In this document: positions 13,943 through 29,800 of the stretch, in pieces | How positions within the stretch are numbered: the first letter of the stretch is position 1 | How the letters are laid out: every line of letters starts with the position of its first letter | Assembly (NCBI RefSeq): GCF_964204645.1 | Contig: NC_134027.1 | Location: 3,690,485-3,754,484 of the forward strand | Length of the DNA stretch: 64,000 nucleotides | Reading direction: 5' to 3' | Source: Tubulanus polymorphus | Lineage: Eukaryota > Animalia > Nemertea | Notes under the pieces: generated by a model | What the model was told of the DNA's origin: nothing | What the model saw: only the letters and a program-made list of their open reading frames with translations | The model's database searches: none | Translations under genes and position numbers: made by a program

Positions 13943-15795
13943 TAGTTTCCCGTTCTCCTGGTTTTCAATCTCATCTAGTATTCAGTTCACGGAATTACTA
14001 AAAGCTCAAACGTTTACGGCCACAATTAAATGGAGGAAGGTTTAACGTTTCAAATAATAATGCCTGATTTATCGAACGGAGACTGGTGGCTATTCCACAG
14101 CTAATCAACTTACCGATTAGAAAACACAAACAGAATTTGGCGGAGGTTAGTGAAGCGTGAAAATGGCAATACTGTCTGGCCGATGACCCGAGGCTCACTC
14201 TAAACCCATTATTCACTATATAGCTTATTTGATTATGCCCGGTACCAAATAACAGGCATATAATCAGCCATTTCGTAGAAGTGGTTAATTCATAGTTTTA
14301 AGTTATATTTCAAGATTTGCATTTTTTTCTAGATTTTCCAGATCATAAAAGAGCACTTCGTTTCCATGCCTTTGGGCGCTCATTCTGACCATTGATTGAT
14401 TTTGAGTTCATGTGGAAGTTCATCCTACGTTAACTAGTTGATAAACGTCGAGCAATTCAATCCCAGGATTAAATCCTAAACATCGGGACTAAATACCACA
14501 GTAACGCGAAACCGATGTAATAATCTTAATTCCAAACTCGTTTCAAAACCATATCGAATACCATTGCACGTAAACGGAGTTCAATTTTGTGTGATTAATA
14601 CTGGCTCAAGTATATGGTTAACGTATGACTGGTATTGATTAAGGTTGATATCGACAATTCATGAAAAAATATTGAAAATTATGCCGATATGTATTGGTTC
14701 ATAAAGCGAGAGAATATTTTCCAGTTGTGCCACGCAAACGAAGCATTTACGTCTAAAACGAAAGAAATGCCAGTCAAACTGTAGCTGGATTATTGCTTAT
14801 TTACCAGTGAGGCGTAAACCCTCGCTCACCATCAAGGCGGGTAGTCGTGATTTGTCCCATGATCTGAAGAACTAATTCTCTCTATTTTCACATTGATGAT
14901 TAATTTTCTCAAAGCTTTCTCTATGATTTTCTGATTTTCGTGTCGTAGCTGCTACGATATTCATTGTACTACTCCACGATAAGACAATACAATATACGTA
15001 TGCATCTATCAACAGACAGAAACTATGACTATGGAAGGTATTATCTAAGGTCAACGTAGGCAAATAATGTATAAGATTGATTCTAATAAACTTTAAAACG
15101 CTCGTCAGTCTTTATGAGATCAAACGATTTTGTTATGTAATTCACAGCAACGAATCGCGAAAGAAGAATTGAATACAAGTCCCACAAACACGAGCCGAGA
15201 ACTTTAGATATCGTAACGTTAGAATTTATCATTAAAAATCCGAATTTTCGTTTTCAACTGAAAACCATTTTCAAATATAAATTTGGATCTTTAATAATAA
15301 ATGTCAACGTCACGATATTTAAGGTTTTGGGCTCGTGATCTTGGGACGTATATTTATCAACTCTAAGGACCTCAGTTATTTTTCGACGAAGCGTACTTCG
15401 CGTCTTCGCCAGATTTCGCCGCCGACTCTCGTAGTGATTCTAAGCACGATCGAACGCTAAGGGATTCGTTATAAATGCACGACATGCGAATATAGCGAGT
15501 ACAGTTGACACACTTCCAATGGGAAATCAATTCATATTTTGCCGATTATTACCCAATGAAAGAGGAATTGCTGGTCTCCGAGGAATTTTCAGCTTTCAAA
15601 TACGTTATACTGGAAGCATATGAACTGGTTGAAAGTTAAATTTATATATCATATTTATATACATATATATTGAGATTTATATATCTACATGATTCTTATG
15701 CCTTGGTTTGTGTGGCCAGTCAGATGGAATTCGGATTTCTCGTGTTCTTTTCTAATCAGCCGGAAAGGAGGGAGCGATCACGTCTGGTGCCTTAC

Positions 15796-15829
15796 CTTAA
15801 TGTTGGGTTCGGAGGAATCTGTATTATAG
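15796..15829 (-). other. Candidate 34-nt internal coding exon of an unidentified large minus-strand gene ((x)YNTDSSEPNIK)
   Basis: Strong acceptor ttgtcttgCAG and donor AAG|GTAAGG around an open frame. No homology recognised. Confidence 0.3.
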
Positions 15830-16956
15830 CTGCAAGACAATAATCAGAATATCATATACATTTAACCGACGAATCATGCATGCAAATTATTGGTTCGGCA
15901 AGGAGTGTTATCATTGATTCTCCGGTATTTGCCGAGATTTGTCACAATGGAGAGATAGTCTAACAACCGTCTCTTTATAGAAGACAAACGTGAACTTACT
16001 CCTATGTCTTCGAGACGATTTCAAGATTTTATTATAATCTTACCGTTAAAGGCTAATAGTATGTTTTTCATACGCTTTGGCCTCCATGCATGCATGTAAA
16101 TTATCCCCGTTTATCTTTATCCTTACTAAAAGCAAATACCACAAGAGATACTGCTCTATTCGAGAAATGTCCAAGTCCGAATATCTAAAGTACCCCATAG
16201 ATCGTTCTGATGATGTACAGCTTACAGCAGATACTATTAATTCGTCTTGGGAGGTATTTATCACTAAGACTTCATACCGGAACACAACATTCTTACTAAT
16301 AGAAAGAAATATTTCAAGATTTACGCTCGATCTCGGGGCAGGCAACAATAACTAATTCTTCTTTATATGGTTCGACTGGACATGTTTCGTGGTAATAATA
16401 CGGAATAAAAACAGCCCGACTTAGATTTATTGGATGACCAGACTTTTGCGAGCTCGATTGTAATTTTTACCACATTTACAAAATGTTTTTACTTAATAAG
16501 GATTGATAATTAATTTCAGTTCGTATCCAACGAAGATATACAAACGTGAATCGACTTTTATGTGCAGTTTACTACTCTTTTGCATACAGATTATGTTTCG
16601 ATCGATCGGTTGAGCCAATAAAACAGGGAATTTAGTTGGCGAAATCCGCACTCGAACAATTATCATCTTGTTATTTATGCGCAGTTGAGTGGTTTATTTT
16701 TGAAAATGCCATTCGCGAGGAGAAGTTGGGTTTGGAACTTTCTTATACGCGCAGGAAAAACAATCGCGTTACGTGAAAATAAGTGGGGAAATACAATATG
16801 CCCGTATGAGTGTTCCATGAGAGCGATTCCACACGTCTTGTTGAAAGAGCAAGAGAGCGTCGGGTATCTTTTCAAGAACCAATCACTGAAACATCACCGG
16901 TAACGCATAGTTAATGTAATTGATGTTATCACACCTCAACCTGCGCTGCTGCCCGA

Positions 16957-16977
16957 TATATATATATATATATATAT
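16957..16977. repeat. Short (AT)n microsatellite
   Basis: Directly visible. Confidence 0.9.
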
Positions 16978-19900
16978 CAAACAAACTATCAACAGAATAT
17001 CCTCTTGAAATGCAGCTTTCTAAATGGATTCTCATATTTCACTGCTATGGTTTCCTTTTTTGTTTCGAAGAAGACTTCATACCCACGCTCTTTAAGATCA
17101 AACAAATCCGATGATTTCAAATCCGATGAAATCATGTGTAAGCCAATTTAATACGTCAATGACATGTGTTAAAATGTAATCCTGCTTATCATACGTCGAT
17201 ACTTCTATTGCACACGTATTTTGCCCACACTGTATCGATAGATACATCCGAGAAAGGTGATATATTCTGCTCTTCGTATTTGTGTCAATTTTCCAATGAT
17301 ATATCTTTGTTATCCCTTCTTATTCCAGTATCGCGTGTAATTCTATTATTGATATTCTCGCTCAGTACACTGGATCCTTCATTTTTCCAATTGCAGCGAA
17401 TGCGATGTGTTTTCTCGTCCAAATTAGGTGCCTCAAAAGCAGCTTATGTTTGTTCGTGTTCCACTTGGTCAGAAAACGAGTGAAAAAATAAATGCGTATT
17501 TTGCGTGGTATAGCAATCTAAATAAGATCGGTCAGTCGGTGCTCTGTTCGTATCTTATTCATGGGATAATACGTTCTACATGATATAACCTGGTTCAGCG
17601 CATTTATTTTTTACATTGCGATAAAAACCATAAATCACAAGGAATCTTTTACACAATGAAATAATTATGATTCGCTTATCGGAAATGAAAAGAACCACAC
17701 ATCGATTGCGTTGAAATTGTATATCTAAGCTAAGCTGCTGCATGTTCATGGCGACAATGTCATCAATATCAATATAAGGGTACACCACGCAATTTTATGG
17801 GAAATTTCTGCAAATCATATAAATCAAGTTTAACATATAAATCAAATGGTTTTCTATTGTTCACACGGCAAAATAGACTGAACTAACGGCTTTATTTATT
17901 TCCATTGAAGTTTAACATTTTCTAATCTTGTGATCATTTATGAGGTGCTAAACTATCGTATCATTACTGTGAGGTGCTAAGATTATCCATGGCAACAGCC
18001 AGTCCCGTGATATCATTCTGTTGTTCGCTGTCACTGCTAAATTATAAAATCCAAATTCGCTTCGATAATTCGCAGTTTTCTGCCCAGTGCCTCGTAATCA
18101 TAGAAGAAACAGTGTATTTCCTACGTGGACGATGTTCGTAAAAGGTTTACACACGGCGCGCACACAAGATTCTGCGACGCCAGTTGGGGATCCTTGGAAG
18201 AGACATCGCTCATAAATCGAATACAAACAAAGTCGTTGACGAATAAAATCGGATTTGCCGAGCTGCACTTAGTTCTGAGCACGTTTCGCATAGGAGATCC
18301 TCAAATATTCATGTTTTCCTTGTTGTCCCGAGACAAATCATATATAATTACGTACATATTTCATCAAAAGACGCTCCTCGGTCGGAATCGATTTTCGTTT
18401 AAACGGTTTCTCGATCAGGGCCCCGTAATGAAATTCCATTGACCCAAGGTTTTGTCAGTATCATGTATCCTAGGTAAGTTAAGTAATATGTTCAGGCGAT
18501 ACATAATTCAGTTTTGTCTTTCAATAGATTCCCTTGATGTTAATGTCTAACAAATAGTTAGTGAACCTATTGTACGAAATAAATCGTACATTATGTAGAT
18601 GGATATGATACTGCGCGATCCTACTTCCCAGCGGGCAAATGCCACTTCTTATGCCCAGAACGGAATCAAGAGTGTCAAAACCATGACTATGAAATGCTGT
18701 TAAGTTTCTTCACGCCAAATGGCATCGGATTAATTTCAATTAATTGCACACGATTTGTCCTTCATTCGTACGCCATACTGATTCGACTTTACGTACCAGT
18801 GCCAGCTCTTTTAACCTACGAAAGCTTTGACATCATTTCTTGCCATACATTTAGCATTTTGAAGTTTGAACGAACTCAGAAGATAGCAGATTCTAAGACT
18901 ACGTTATTAGTCCCAGTGGTAATAAGTCGCCGTTTTGCGCATTGAGACACCACTGTTATGGAAATGCAGACACAGACATCGTGTGCATTCAATCGAAAGC
19001 GACATGTTTCATCAACATCAACAAGTTTCATCAAACTGACAAGACTAGCATGAACTAACGTTTATGATATTTCTGATAAAAAGGGGAATCCCGTCTCAAT
19101 GACTGTCGATTGGATCGGCTGAACTGTGAGAGTTTTATTTCTGCTATTAGCGTATAAATGTCTGCGTCCAATGGGGATATCAGCTTTTTTAATTATATCA
19201 TTGACCGCCACACCTGTACTTTCTTCGTGGTCATGTCATATTCATAGAATGCAGTCGTTGGGGTTGATTTAAAACCTTTGCCAACCCATTCCATGCATAT
19301 TTACCTACAACACCAAAGCCTCAACGACGTCAGGAAACCACTGCCAATTATTAGCTTTATGAGGGAAAAAATGGGATCTGTACGTAGAGGGCGCAGTATG
19401 ATGATAAAAACCAGGGAATCTGAACCGAAAAACAGTTACAGGATACAGGCGAACCGGAAAACTACACCAAGAATTCCACAGCGTAAGCTATTTTCTTTTG
19501 AGGATGATTGTCGGAAAAACGATCAACGAGGGAACATTAAGTGCAATCATGACAAGGATCAAATCATGCAGACGTTACATGACTGGCGTTTATTGTGATT
19601 AAGAGCTTAAAAAATACGCCGAAGAATCGGGCGAAGTTCGAGCATTTTTGTGCTTAAACTGAGTGCAGCTATGTCGCGCATTACGCACTCACATGGCGCT
19701 TCAATCGCAGATAAAAGTCTTACGAAGTTTAAAGAAGTTAGATGTTAATCATAAGTTCATACAATTTCGTTAATTCAGCTTAAGAACTCAACTAACAGTG
19801 ATTCATCCATTTCTGCACATCATTCGGGTTTATATATTCACAACATATATCAATGGTCATTAGCAACTTTTATGGATTGTAGGCTGTCTATTCCCTTAAT

Positions 19901-22900
19901 TCGTCCTTTCGCATTAATAGTGTCAAACTACAAATGCTATGATCTAGTTTTTTTTTATAATCACCCATGCAACCAAACGACAGAAAAAACGATGAAAGCT
20001 CATCCGTTCGTAATGTTTTTGAATTCGTAGCAAATATAGAGTAAACTGAGGATATTTTACCTTGGACAATCGTCGTTAATATGAAGACCCGCAACAATCC
20101 ATCAGTAATACGATTCATTCAGACTGACCAATATCACAAACTATATTAATCCGCTGTATTCCATAAAGGGTTTTTTTCCCACCGTTAATCCACGAGTGAT
20201 TTCGTCTGAGCGACGTCTGAACATGCATAAAAACATCCGCGTGACGATGAATTCTCTGTCGTCTCAGAATTCACCGTGTCGTGGGAGACCAGTTGCAACG
20301 AAGCTGGGCGAAAACATCAACTTTCCCACTGTTGTTATTGTGTCGCGTTCCCATCGTCAGTTTGTTGTGTACGTTGTGAGCGCCAAGTTTCCCTCAATTC
20401 GCCTACACGCTGCTTAACGCGTTGACGGCACTTCACCGGTGGTACTGATCTGAAACGCAGAGATTAAAGACAATGCTAAGGTAATCCCATTTCCGTTGCG
20501 TTCACAATTCAACCAAGTGGTGACTAGACTATTGACACAACGCAAACAAGTCAACATCATTGTCACGGTGTTACAGTTACACAGTGTTCGGTTGCAACCG
20601 ATAATGTGTTCCCAGCTTAAAAATTTTCAATTCCAAATCCTGTTTTTCTAAATTGCTTATTCTTGTTTTCCAGTCACATGCGTCAAGGTGCCAAAGGGGT
20701 GCTTCATCTAACCCGTCATATTCTTATTCTTCGAGGGTATTTTACACATAGCGTGCATTAAATTCAAGTTTTTCAAGATGGCGTTCTACGTACAAAAACT
20801 AAGAACACGTGGAATTGAAATTGATAGTTTACTCGGAAGTGATGTTTATCTTTTGCTGGCTGCATTTAAAATCGGTTTAAAAGTTTACTCTGTTCTCATT
20901 GATTCTAACGCCAACGCGAATACAATACGACGGCCATTACTCCCCGTATCCGCGTTCAATCATATCAATAAAACCCTGTCCTCGGTTTCACAGTATAGTC
21001 GATTGATCTGACATACGTGAACCATTGATTCAAAATTGATTGATTTTTCCTTAGAAATAAACGTGGGATGGGGTCCTGTAAATACGGAGATATCGTGAAA
21101 ATAACCGGCAGTCGAAGCGAAAATTGACACTTTTTACCGATAAACTAACGAACTAACAAAGCTAGTCTGTTCTTTATCCGCCGTGAAAGCTATGCATCGC
21201 TCACTGATATTCCGTCATCGATGCACACCTCTATTTTCCCGGATTAATAAACATCCGGAGTCCTACGATCTGTCAACGACAATAAGAATTTTTTTTATTG
21301 TCGGCGTCGTTTTATTGAAAGGTAAAGCATCGATCGGCGTAATGTAAACTTGTCTCGTGTTACGGTTTGATTTGAAAACCGACGACGTTTGTAATTGAAC
21401 ACGTTCTATCAAACACGAGGAGCTTATAAGACTATTACATGACCCGCGCATCATTATTCGAAAATTGGAATGCAACCATTTGGAATCAGTAATAAGCGGG
21501 TGGACGATGAACATCAGTTTAATGAAATCACAAAACGCACGTAGCTCGAAGATAATTATGATTAATATCCATCCATTATTCAAATGAATATTAATCTTCA
21601 TTTCATAGAGAAAATTCAATGAATTAATTCACAATAAGCTCGCGCTATGCTTTACTGACAAACTATATTCGTCATTTATTTGAATAGCGCCAGTACAAAC
21701 ACGTCGATAATAAAAACAACAAAAAGATACATTGATTAACTCGATCCCACTAGATACTAGATACATCACACAAAAAGAATGAAGACCACTTCACACAAAC
21801 TCTAGTAAGAAACATGATGGAACAAAATGCTTTTTACCAATGGGAATAGTGACCTGTATTGAGATTCTCTTCTGATTTGTATTACAGACATGGCTTTTCG
21901 GAAGCCATTACAGTGTCAGCGGCTGGCTAAGCGTCTTATCTCTGAAGTAAGCATTTTATCTGACGGACAGCTTTCCTCAAGTTGGCAATGAAATATTTAT
22001 TGTGTCTGATGCGTGTCTATTGTGTCTGATATCCCAATTTTCACGTAAATACGTAAATGGTTTTCACTAGGATTTGAAAGACGATACTAAAGAAAATACT
22101 GATCAATCTTTTCTCTTTCATCTTTTTCGTGACGAGTCTCTACGTAACTAATTAAATTGAACCGCGGAGAAATTGCTGCTCGAACGTAGTATTCCAGTGA
22201 ATACAGGACGGATATAGAATGTTTTCATCGCTTGTTTGCTATAAACCCGGAGCAAAAATGATGTAGATATATATGAATATATAAACGGAGGAAAAAACGC
22301 GTGGGAATCGTGAATAACTGTATGATGAAAGAAATACTGTTACTCACCCTAAGCTGTTTATATCAGGGAAGTAAAGACAAAACCTATGATATATGGGTCT
22401 GGCAAAGATCTTCCCCGTCAGACGGAAAAGGTTATTCCAATTAGGGCTAACGTGCTTGTTTTCGATATTCTAATGGAATATCGGAATCTGAATATCTTTT
22501 TATGCGGTGTTTAGGTTGTTAGTTTATTTTGAAAGTAGCGGAAGCCTTGGTGTATCACGTATGAAGTGCACGGACGCATAGCAATTTCAACACGATCAAA
22601 TTTACAATGAAAACCCGAATCTCATTGATAAAGGTTACACAAATAGAGCATGTATTCATTCAATGAATCATTGCAGCAAATTCCATTCACAGTCCCTTCA
22701 TCTAGGCGTGGATTCGTCGCGATTTCAATTTACTCAGTGTCAAAATTTCCCGCCGCAAAATTCTCAAAACGCCAATTTCGCATAGCAAGCCGTTATTAAA
22801 CTGTCATGTCTTACGGCAGCGATGGAAGTTTTCCGACGCAAAAATAGGTAATAGTAAATTCCTACAAATATAATACATTAACGTTGATCATGGAGTAGAA

Positions 22901-23489
22901 ATATGAATGCATGTTTGTACCGAACGTAATAGCGTCATCGACGGTTAATCGATATGTAAATCGAATGTTTTTACATAAAGCGTCATGAGATCTGAAATTC
23001 TTTAATTTCCCTATACGAACGAAGATTCAAGAGAATCAATTGATTTCTAGTAATGAAAAGTGTATAGAACATGCGTATATTGAATCACGTTAGTCTTGTT
23101 TATTGCCATATATATCCAAAACCTGTCATTTTTTAAACTCTACTCTTTTTTCATATCCAATATGCGACGCATTAAACAATCTTTTAACTAATGATACGTC
23201 GCTTGTTAGCCAATACTAGACATAATATATGGAGTTGTGTGTTATTAAACCCCGAGGAGATGTCTGTATACAGACGATAGATATTACAAAATTAACATCC
23301 TGTCGGAGCCGTTACAGCGGTGTATGACAATCTTTAGTTACTTATAGACTATTCAGATCGATCGAAGGAAGTAAGTATGTATGACAATTAGCTGATGAAA
23401 AAAGTTTAAAATTAAGAAAACTAACTTGTAAGTTCAATGGAGCCTTGAAAAATAACACATATGTTGCTCAATGGCAATAGTATTACGGA

Positions 23490-23644
23490 CCAATAAAGTT
23501 ATTTTGGATTTGAATATATCATTAATTGAATTGAATTGACCGGCAACCAGTCTAGCCAAGACGTATTGATTTTACATACAATGTACATAGCCTGTCATGC
23601 TTTCCGTGAAATAAATTTGAACTTGAACATGACCTTAACTTGAC
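23490..23644 (+). mobile_element. Two adjacent probable retroposon 3' tails
   Basis: AATAAA (23492) followed by (TTGAA)n, and AATAAA (23610) followed by degenerate (TTGAAC)n. Same style of tail as the LINE end at ~4320. Confidence 0.35.
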
Positions 23645-23731
23645 GTAATGCACATTCACAATTATTATTTTGACACGTCAATACCGATGACGTAGTGCAC
23701 ATACACTCACACATAACCCCTCAAATAATGT

Positions 23732-23798
23732 ACAGCAGTTATCAATGTATATAGATATTATTGAACAGCAGTTATCAATGTATATAGATATAATTGTA
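23732..23798. repeat. 33-bp tandem duplication
   Basis: ACAGCAGTTATCAATGTATATAGATAT at 23732 and 23765. Confidence 0.9.
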
Positions 23799-26728
23799 AC
23801 GATATCAATCAAATCGTTGGATGATTATTGAATTTGTTGATTTGATTCGCAGATAACCCTAACATACGTAACTAATAATTTAAAGTGAAATATATTACGG
23901 GTGTGGTTCTGAATATTCGAATCTAAAATCGAAGCTTTTACAAATGTTTAATTCGATGACTGGCTTACACAAAGACGAGACTAATACTGCTTCTTCCACA
24001 GGATTGATTTTTCTGAAACGAAGATTTTACACCCCCGCGTTGCTTCCGCATTTCGTTTGAGAATCGACGTTTAAAAAGTTTCTAGTTCACGGTATGTTGG
24101 TGGACGATCAAAGCGATATTTTTCGTTCTGTGTCGTGGGACAATTTTTATCTGCGGATAGGACAGTTCTTTGGCCTACACGGTAAATGGGAGTTCATGTG
24201 GTCATCACGGACAATGGCTGCCATCACTATGTACAGAATCAGAGTCCGAAAATGTAACTGAAGCTAGTAGTTTATTCAATGTCTCGACCGTATCCTAATA
24301 GTCATCTTCGACTATTAGGATATAGTAGAAACGTTGAATAAACTACTTGCTTCAGTTACATTTTCGGACTCTGTTTTTTCGTTATTATTGCGGAATTCTC
24401 TCTACACAATGTACAGAAATATTCGCCCATTCTCCCCGGCGTAAAACGAATGTTTCTGACATCATGATACAGCGCAAATCAACTAAAAAATCAGAACAGA
24501 TTACGAAAATAGAAAGAATTATCAATAATTCAGTGAGGGTTGGTATACAAAACAATCCTTCGCAGTTATGGTTCTATGGTATAGTAAGGCATTTAGGTCT
24601 ACCGGGGGTGATCCCAGAATGATTTCGATTGGGATTATTGCCCATTCACATTAGCACAATTTAGTAAATTACCCATGGTGACCGGTTGGGGTCGTCAGCT
24701 GAATACCCGTAGTCCCCATGCACATTCTATTTTATTCTTCCTTGCAGCTTAGTCTCAGTAATTAACGAATTGTTACGAAAGTGTTGCGGGCAGCCAAGAA
24801 CTGCTGTGGACAATCGCGCTATTTGTCTCTTGTGACCACCGTTGCACGCCAAGTTAATGACGGTTAATGAAGGAAACGGTCACTGGCCCTGCAGGAATGG
24901 ACGCGACAAGTTAGCAACAAGTGTAAAATAGGACGTCGATGAACACCACCACACAACACCACCACAACCTTGCCCAACCTTGAAATATTTACCCCATTTA
25001 ACTGACCCTTAGCTGGTAACATAAGAAAGGTACAATTATACTTATTTCATTGAGGGGATTTTAAATTCATCTCTAGGACTGAGTGATAAAAAACAGCCGA
25101 ATCTGCTAAATCGCGTAGCTTTATTTGCTTCGATTTAGAATGAAATATATTATTTTTTCTATTTGATCACACATGGAAACATGGACAAATTTGTCATACA
25201 TGATCGTTGAAATAAACACCCATTCGTGAAGTTACTTCAACCACCCGCGGTTATCTAATTAATTACTTGTATTTCACTAAATATTGCATTTGCGCACATT
25301 AAGCTAATTGCTACGCGATATGAATAGCTGGTATTTCGAAGATAAAAAGAACGGTATGTTATAGAAATCTCTTTGATTACAAAGTTATGGGTGGGTCATA
25401 TCACCATTCCTTGTATACTGGTGAATTCAGGGTTAATCTATTCAAAGAAAGGTATACGGTCATCTGTATACGTATAGCTATTACCGGACTATCTTAGCGA
25501 TGTAGATACGTCTATCGTTTTGTCTTAGATAGATTATTCGTTTCGCCTCGAACCAATGTCTACTTTAGCAACGAAAACATCGAAGTGGAAGTAATCAAGT
25601 TTAGGCTGTTTTACGCTTTATTAGTGCTGTGCAAAAAGTGTAAGCATTCAATTAGGGAACGAGATTTTGTCTGATGTGAAACTGATGGAAAAAGACATAT
25701 TCCAGCAAAACGATGATCGTAGATACACGCTTCGTTATAACGGTGTGACGTTTCCCGGCGCCACAGTGACCTTGACTGAATGAACAATCCCGATCAAACC
25801 AGTACCATTTAATATAGATGTACATAAAGTATCAGAGGAAATTAACTTAAATACCTCCCCAGTTGTGTTTTATACATAAAACTACCAAATATTGAAAAAG
25901 TGTACATTTTTGGTCCGGTTGTTCCACATCATTTTCGTGTTATCAGATACTCAATCAATCTGATGTAACATGGATATAAAATCGAAATTGTACGTGGGGG
26001 ATACACACGCCATCGGTGAAGCAGATTCCACGCCGTGATATGTGTTATCTCATTTTTATTTTATTGAACCGGTTAAAGCCGCATCGCTATCATATCATCA
26101 TATCAAATTATCTCCCACTAGCCACGGGCAAAGACAGGATTTGACCGAATTATTTTCAATAATATTGTTATTAATAGTAGATAATACGTTGCAACGCTTC
26201 CTACTCTGACTAGGGATTGGCAAAAGATAATTGCTTTCGTTAACGACCGAAAAGCGTTGACGCTTTCATATTTGTTTAAACCGGCTGTAAGAGGCCCTTC
26301 AAATATTTGCTATCCTTGCCTCGTCAAGCGAAGCGTCCTAAACTACGTAGGCTGTGAAAAATACATATGCCGCGACTAATGAATGAACGGTGTTCCTAGC
26401 ATCGATCCAAAACTATATCCAGAAGAAGTGAAGAAAATTTCATAACCTCAAGTAAAAACGAATTGTCAGGGGCAGGGTGATGATTCGACTTACTTTTACC
26501 AACCTTCTGAATCTACGGCGTAACCCGTTCGTTCATTCTAGGATGAATCCCTACTGAAGCCTAATCAGCTGCAATCAAGAAGATGTGAAAGGCGTTTCGC
26601 ATAACGCGAGCAAAACATATATATTTTTCAATCAGCGAATTATTCTCTAGACATTTTGATCAATAGGATCTGGTGGTTGTAATTGTGTTGACACGGCTTT
26701 GAAATCTAGGCCGTTAATTATAAATTAC

Positions 26729-26814
26729 TGAGGATCAGTTTTCAGTCGGCTCTGCCATCGATCAACGTCGTCAGGCTGCATCTCGCCAGGGACAGGCAGG
26801 CCGTCGTCTGAGTA
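26729..26814 (-). other. Candidate 86-nt exon (YSDDGLPVPGEMQPDDVDRWQSRLKTDP)
   Basis: GC-rich island with acceptor tttttcaaTAG and donor CA|GTAATT. Only one frame is open, and it is phase-compatible with the 15796..15829 exon. Confidence 0.25.
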
Positions 26815-29800
26815 CTATTGAAAAACGAAGACATCGTCGCTAGCATTAAATAGCGCCTTTTACCGCCGTCGAAAATTGCCATTAACCGACTAAAAAATTC
26901 ATCAAAATATGTCCCTGCAATATGAACTCACGCACTGTCTCCATCAGTGCAGTGCACGAACTTATTAACTTTTTTATCAAATACATAACTTGTGTATACT
27001 ATCAATTTTGTTCATTTGCTCCTCAACACGCTGACGTAATGGTGATATACAGAATCGCGCAGTGTAATGCTCACACATTTTCTAAACAATCTGAAAACGA
27101 ACGTAAATGAGCCCCTGGCTGTCTTCATATTCAATCATACACATGAAATCCACATGATTTACCTAGGATATAATGTCTTTTGAACTACAGCGACGGCTGG
27201 GCCAATGAATAAATTAAACTTGTCCTTTTCTCTTGCCTAAAAACCTGGAAGCAATAGACAAGACAAGCCGTATAAGAAAGAGATAGAGGACGATGTCTTT
27301 TTTTATGTCATACAGGGAATATTCAAAACGAAAACAAGACCTAAAGATTTATATGTATGCCAATGAATGCATAGAAAGATTATACTTTCTTGGTACGCGA
27401 AGGGGCACTGGGATTTTCATCCATTTTTGTCTATTACTGTCTATGATATATTATTCATGCAAATGACGCACGAAGGGAAAAAGAATGAATCGAAATATTT
27501 CCGCAAAACAAACTTGGTGAAAGTCGTTGAGGTTGTATTAAGTGATATTGACATGTACTGCCATCGTAGTAGCTCAAAACGGTGAACGTTTCGCCAACTT
27601 TGCAATATTCTGTAATATCTGCTTTCAACAAGAAGAAATCATTCGTTATCCTTTTTCAATTATTCGCGTCTGAAATGATGCACCAGTCATTCGTCTACGT
27701 CGTCACCTTCGATTAAAATGCATTCTGGAATACGCGATGCCGATGGTGAGATGAGTGAACGTCTAGCCATGCAAAAACAATCGACTTATTTGCATATGGC
27801 AAGCACGACATTTTCATATCAGTCCTACGCGTGTAACTTGGAAATCCAAATGGATTTTACCATTAATGTGTAAAGGCATCCCGCAACGCATTTTAATGCT
27901 CAATATTTTTAAAAGCCCTCAATAACACGATCGCCTCGATATTAATGATTAACGTGTTTCAAACGAAATCTACAAAAATTGATGACAAGATATCGAGGAA
28001 TTAGAACTATAGCCTAACACAGAACGGCTTGTAAAAGACTAGTTTGCTGTTCTCTATGATCATAAAATTTCAAGGAACCACCTCACGTTCGCTCTACTGG
28101 CATCAACGTTTTGTTCAATCGGCATTCAATGGATTAATCAGATACTTTCGTTATTGCGTAGTGGTTTCTTATGTTTCCGGTATTTGTCGTTAACGTGCGC
28201 TGATAGACAGTTTGCTTTTAACCGGTTGTAAATTGGTCTGGTTTACGAGCCACATTCTTTCGATCCGACGAATTTAGATCTAATCTCTTCAACAGCGCTG
28301 GATTTTATGTTGTACGGGTTTGTAACGGGATTATGGAGACGGAAGCGACTGTTTTTTCTTCTTCGTTTCACCATCACGACGAATCTACGTCAGGCAATCA
28401 AACCGTGTGGGGAGGAAATTCGTATGTTTATCACGAACGATGTTTTCATTCCCAACGATTATTTCGGAACAGTACATTCACGGATGAACCCACTGCTTTC
28501 AATTGTTTAGGCAAATGCCTACAGTTTGATATATTTATACACAGTAGCCATAAAAAGCATTTGTAGAATATGCGCTTATAGCGTTACTTCCTGACACCCA
28601 CGCGGATCACATGATCCAAAATTTTACGTGAGCTGAATAGGAAGCTACGTAAATGGCATCGAAATTACTTTCTACTTAATATCGAATCATCGAATTTAAG
28701 CAATTCCCACCTAGCTATTAATTGATGCAAATAAAATGCGTTGGTGTTTATTCTATACTTATGAGAAGGCGATAAAACGAAGTAGAAATAAATTAGATTT
28801 ATAATTCCTTGCCATTTACCCAAAAATAACGCTTTGCCTGTAACCCCTCTTTATGTATTTTTGCCGATACTGATAACAGTTGTATACAAAATTCTATGTT
28901 TTGATTATGACTTTTCTATGGTCGCTCCCTCGGCAATCATCTAAAAATGGAATGAGGCATTATCAACCAGACAAAACCGAAATGTTGTAACTACCCATGT
29001 TTGGGGAACATCTGGTCATAGATATGATTTCAATCATTCTAAGATAATCTTTAATCACTATGAAATAGGTTTTCTTTCGAATAGTGTTATCCGACGTCAG
29101 GTGGTTTAGTCAGGCTTAGTAACTTCTGTTTTCCAACACGTGTCGATGTGGCAACACGGGTCTCTGATCCCGTTGCAAACTTTTAGCACATGTTTTGGCT
29201 GGCTTGTCAATCTTATTTAATCGAGTTATATATGAAATTGCTTTTAAGGTAAGCATCTTAGTCATATTATTATGAATTGCAATTTTTTTTTACCTTAGTC
29301 TCATTCCTTCATGATGTCGCTTAGTCAAACACCGAAAATCTAGGGCCAGTTTTATAGACTGGTATCAATTTTAAGCCGAGGCTAACTCAACTAATTTTCT
29401 ATTTAGTTAACCCCTCGCAGTTTTCGACGGATTTTACGATGTTTTTATTCCATCGGTTTTGTTATTGTGTGTTTGTAACGCATTTTGCACACTTTCATTT
29501 ATATTCTCGCTGATAGTAAGCATGCGATAAACTTCTCTTTTTCGGGATTAAGAACAACCAAAATAGATGCTCGTACAACAATCGCGTTGTTGTTGATTGA
29601 AGTGTCTGAAATCTAGGACGTCGATAGCTATCGTTTAATAATCTCGAGATCAATTCATCGTTATTTCATTTAGCCCGAAACTAGAACACCGACACACGTC
29701 ATATCATTTCATCTCGATGACTCGGCGTCATAATTCGTTATTGCCAATGTCGTTGTTGAGATGATATTTAGATGTAAATTTGTTCACGATGCCCGCTACG

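Noticed and set aside
21888-21946. Plus-strand exon-like segment (MAFRKPLQCQRLAKRLISE|GTAAGC) with a small hairpin
   Set aside because: Isolated, with no partner exons or homology. The hairpin does not match the histone stem-loop consensus.
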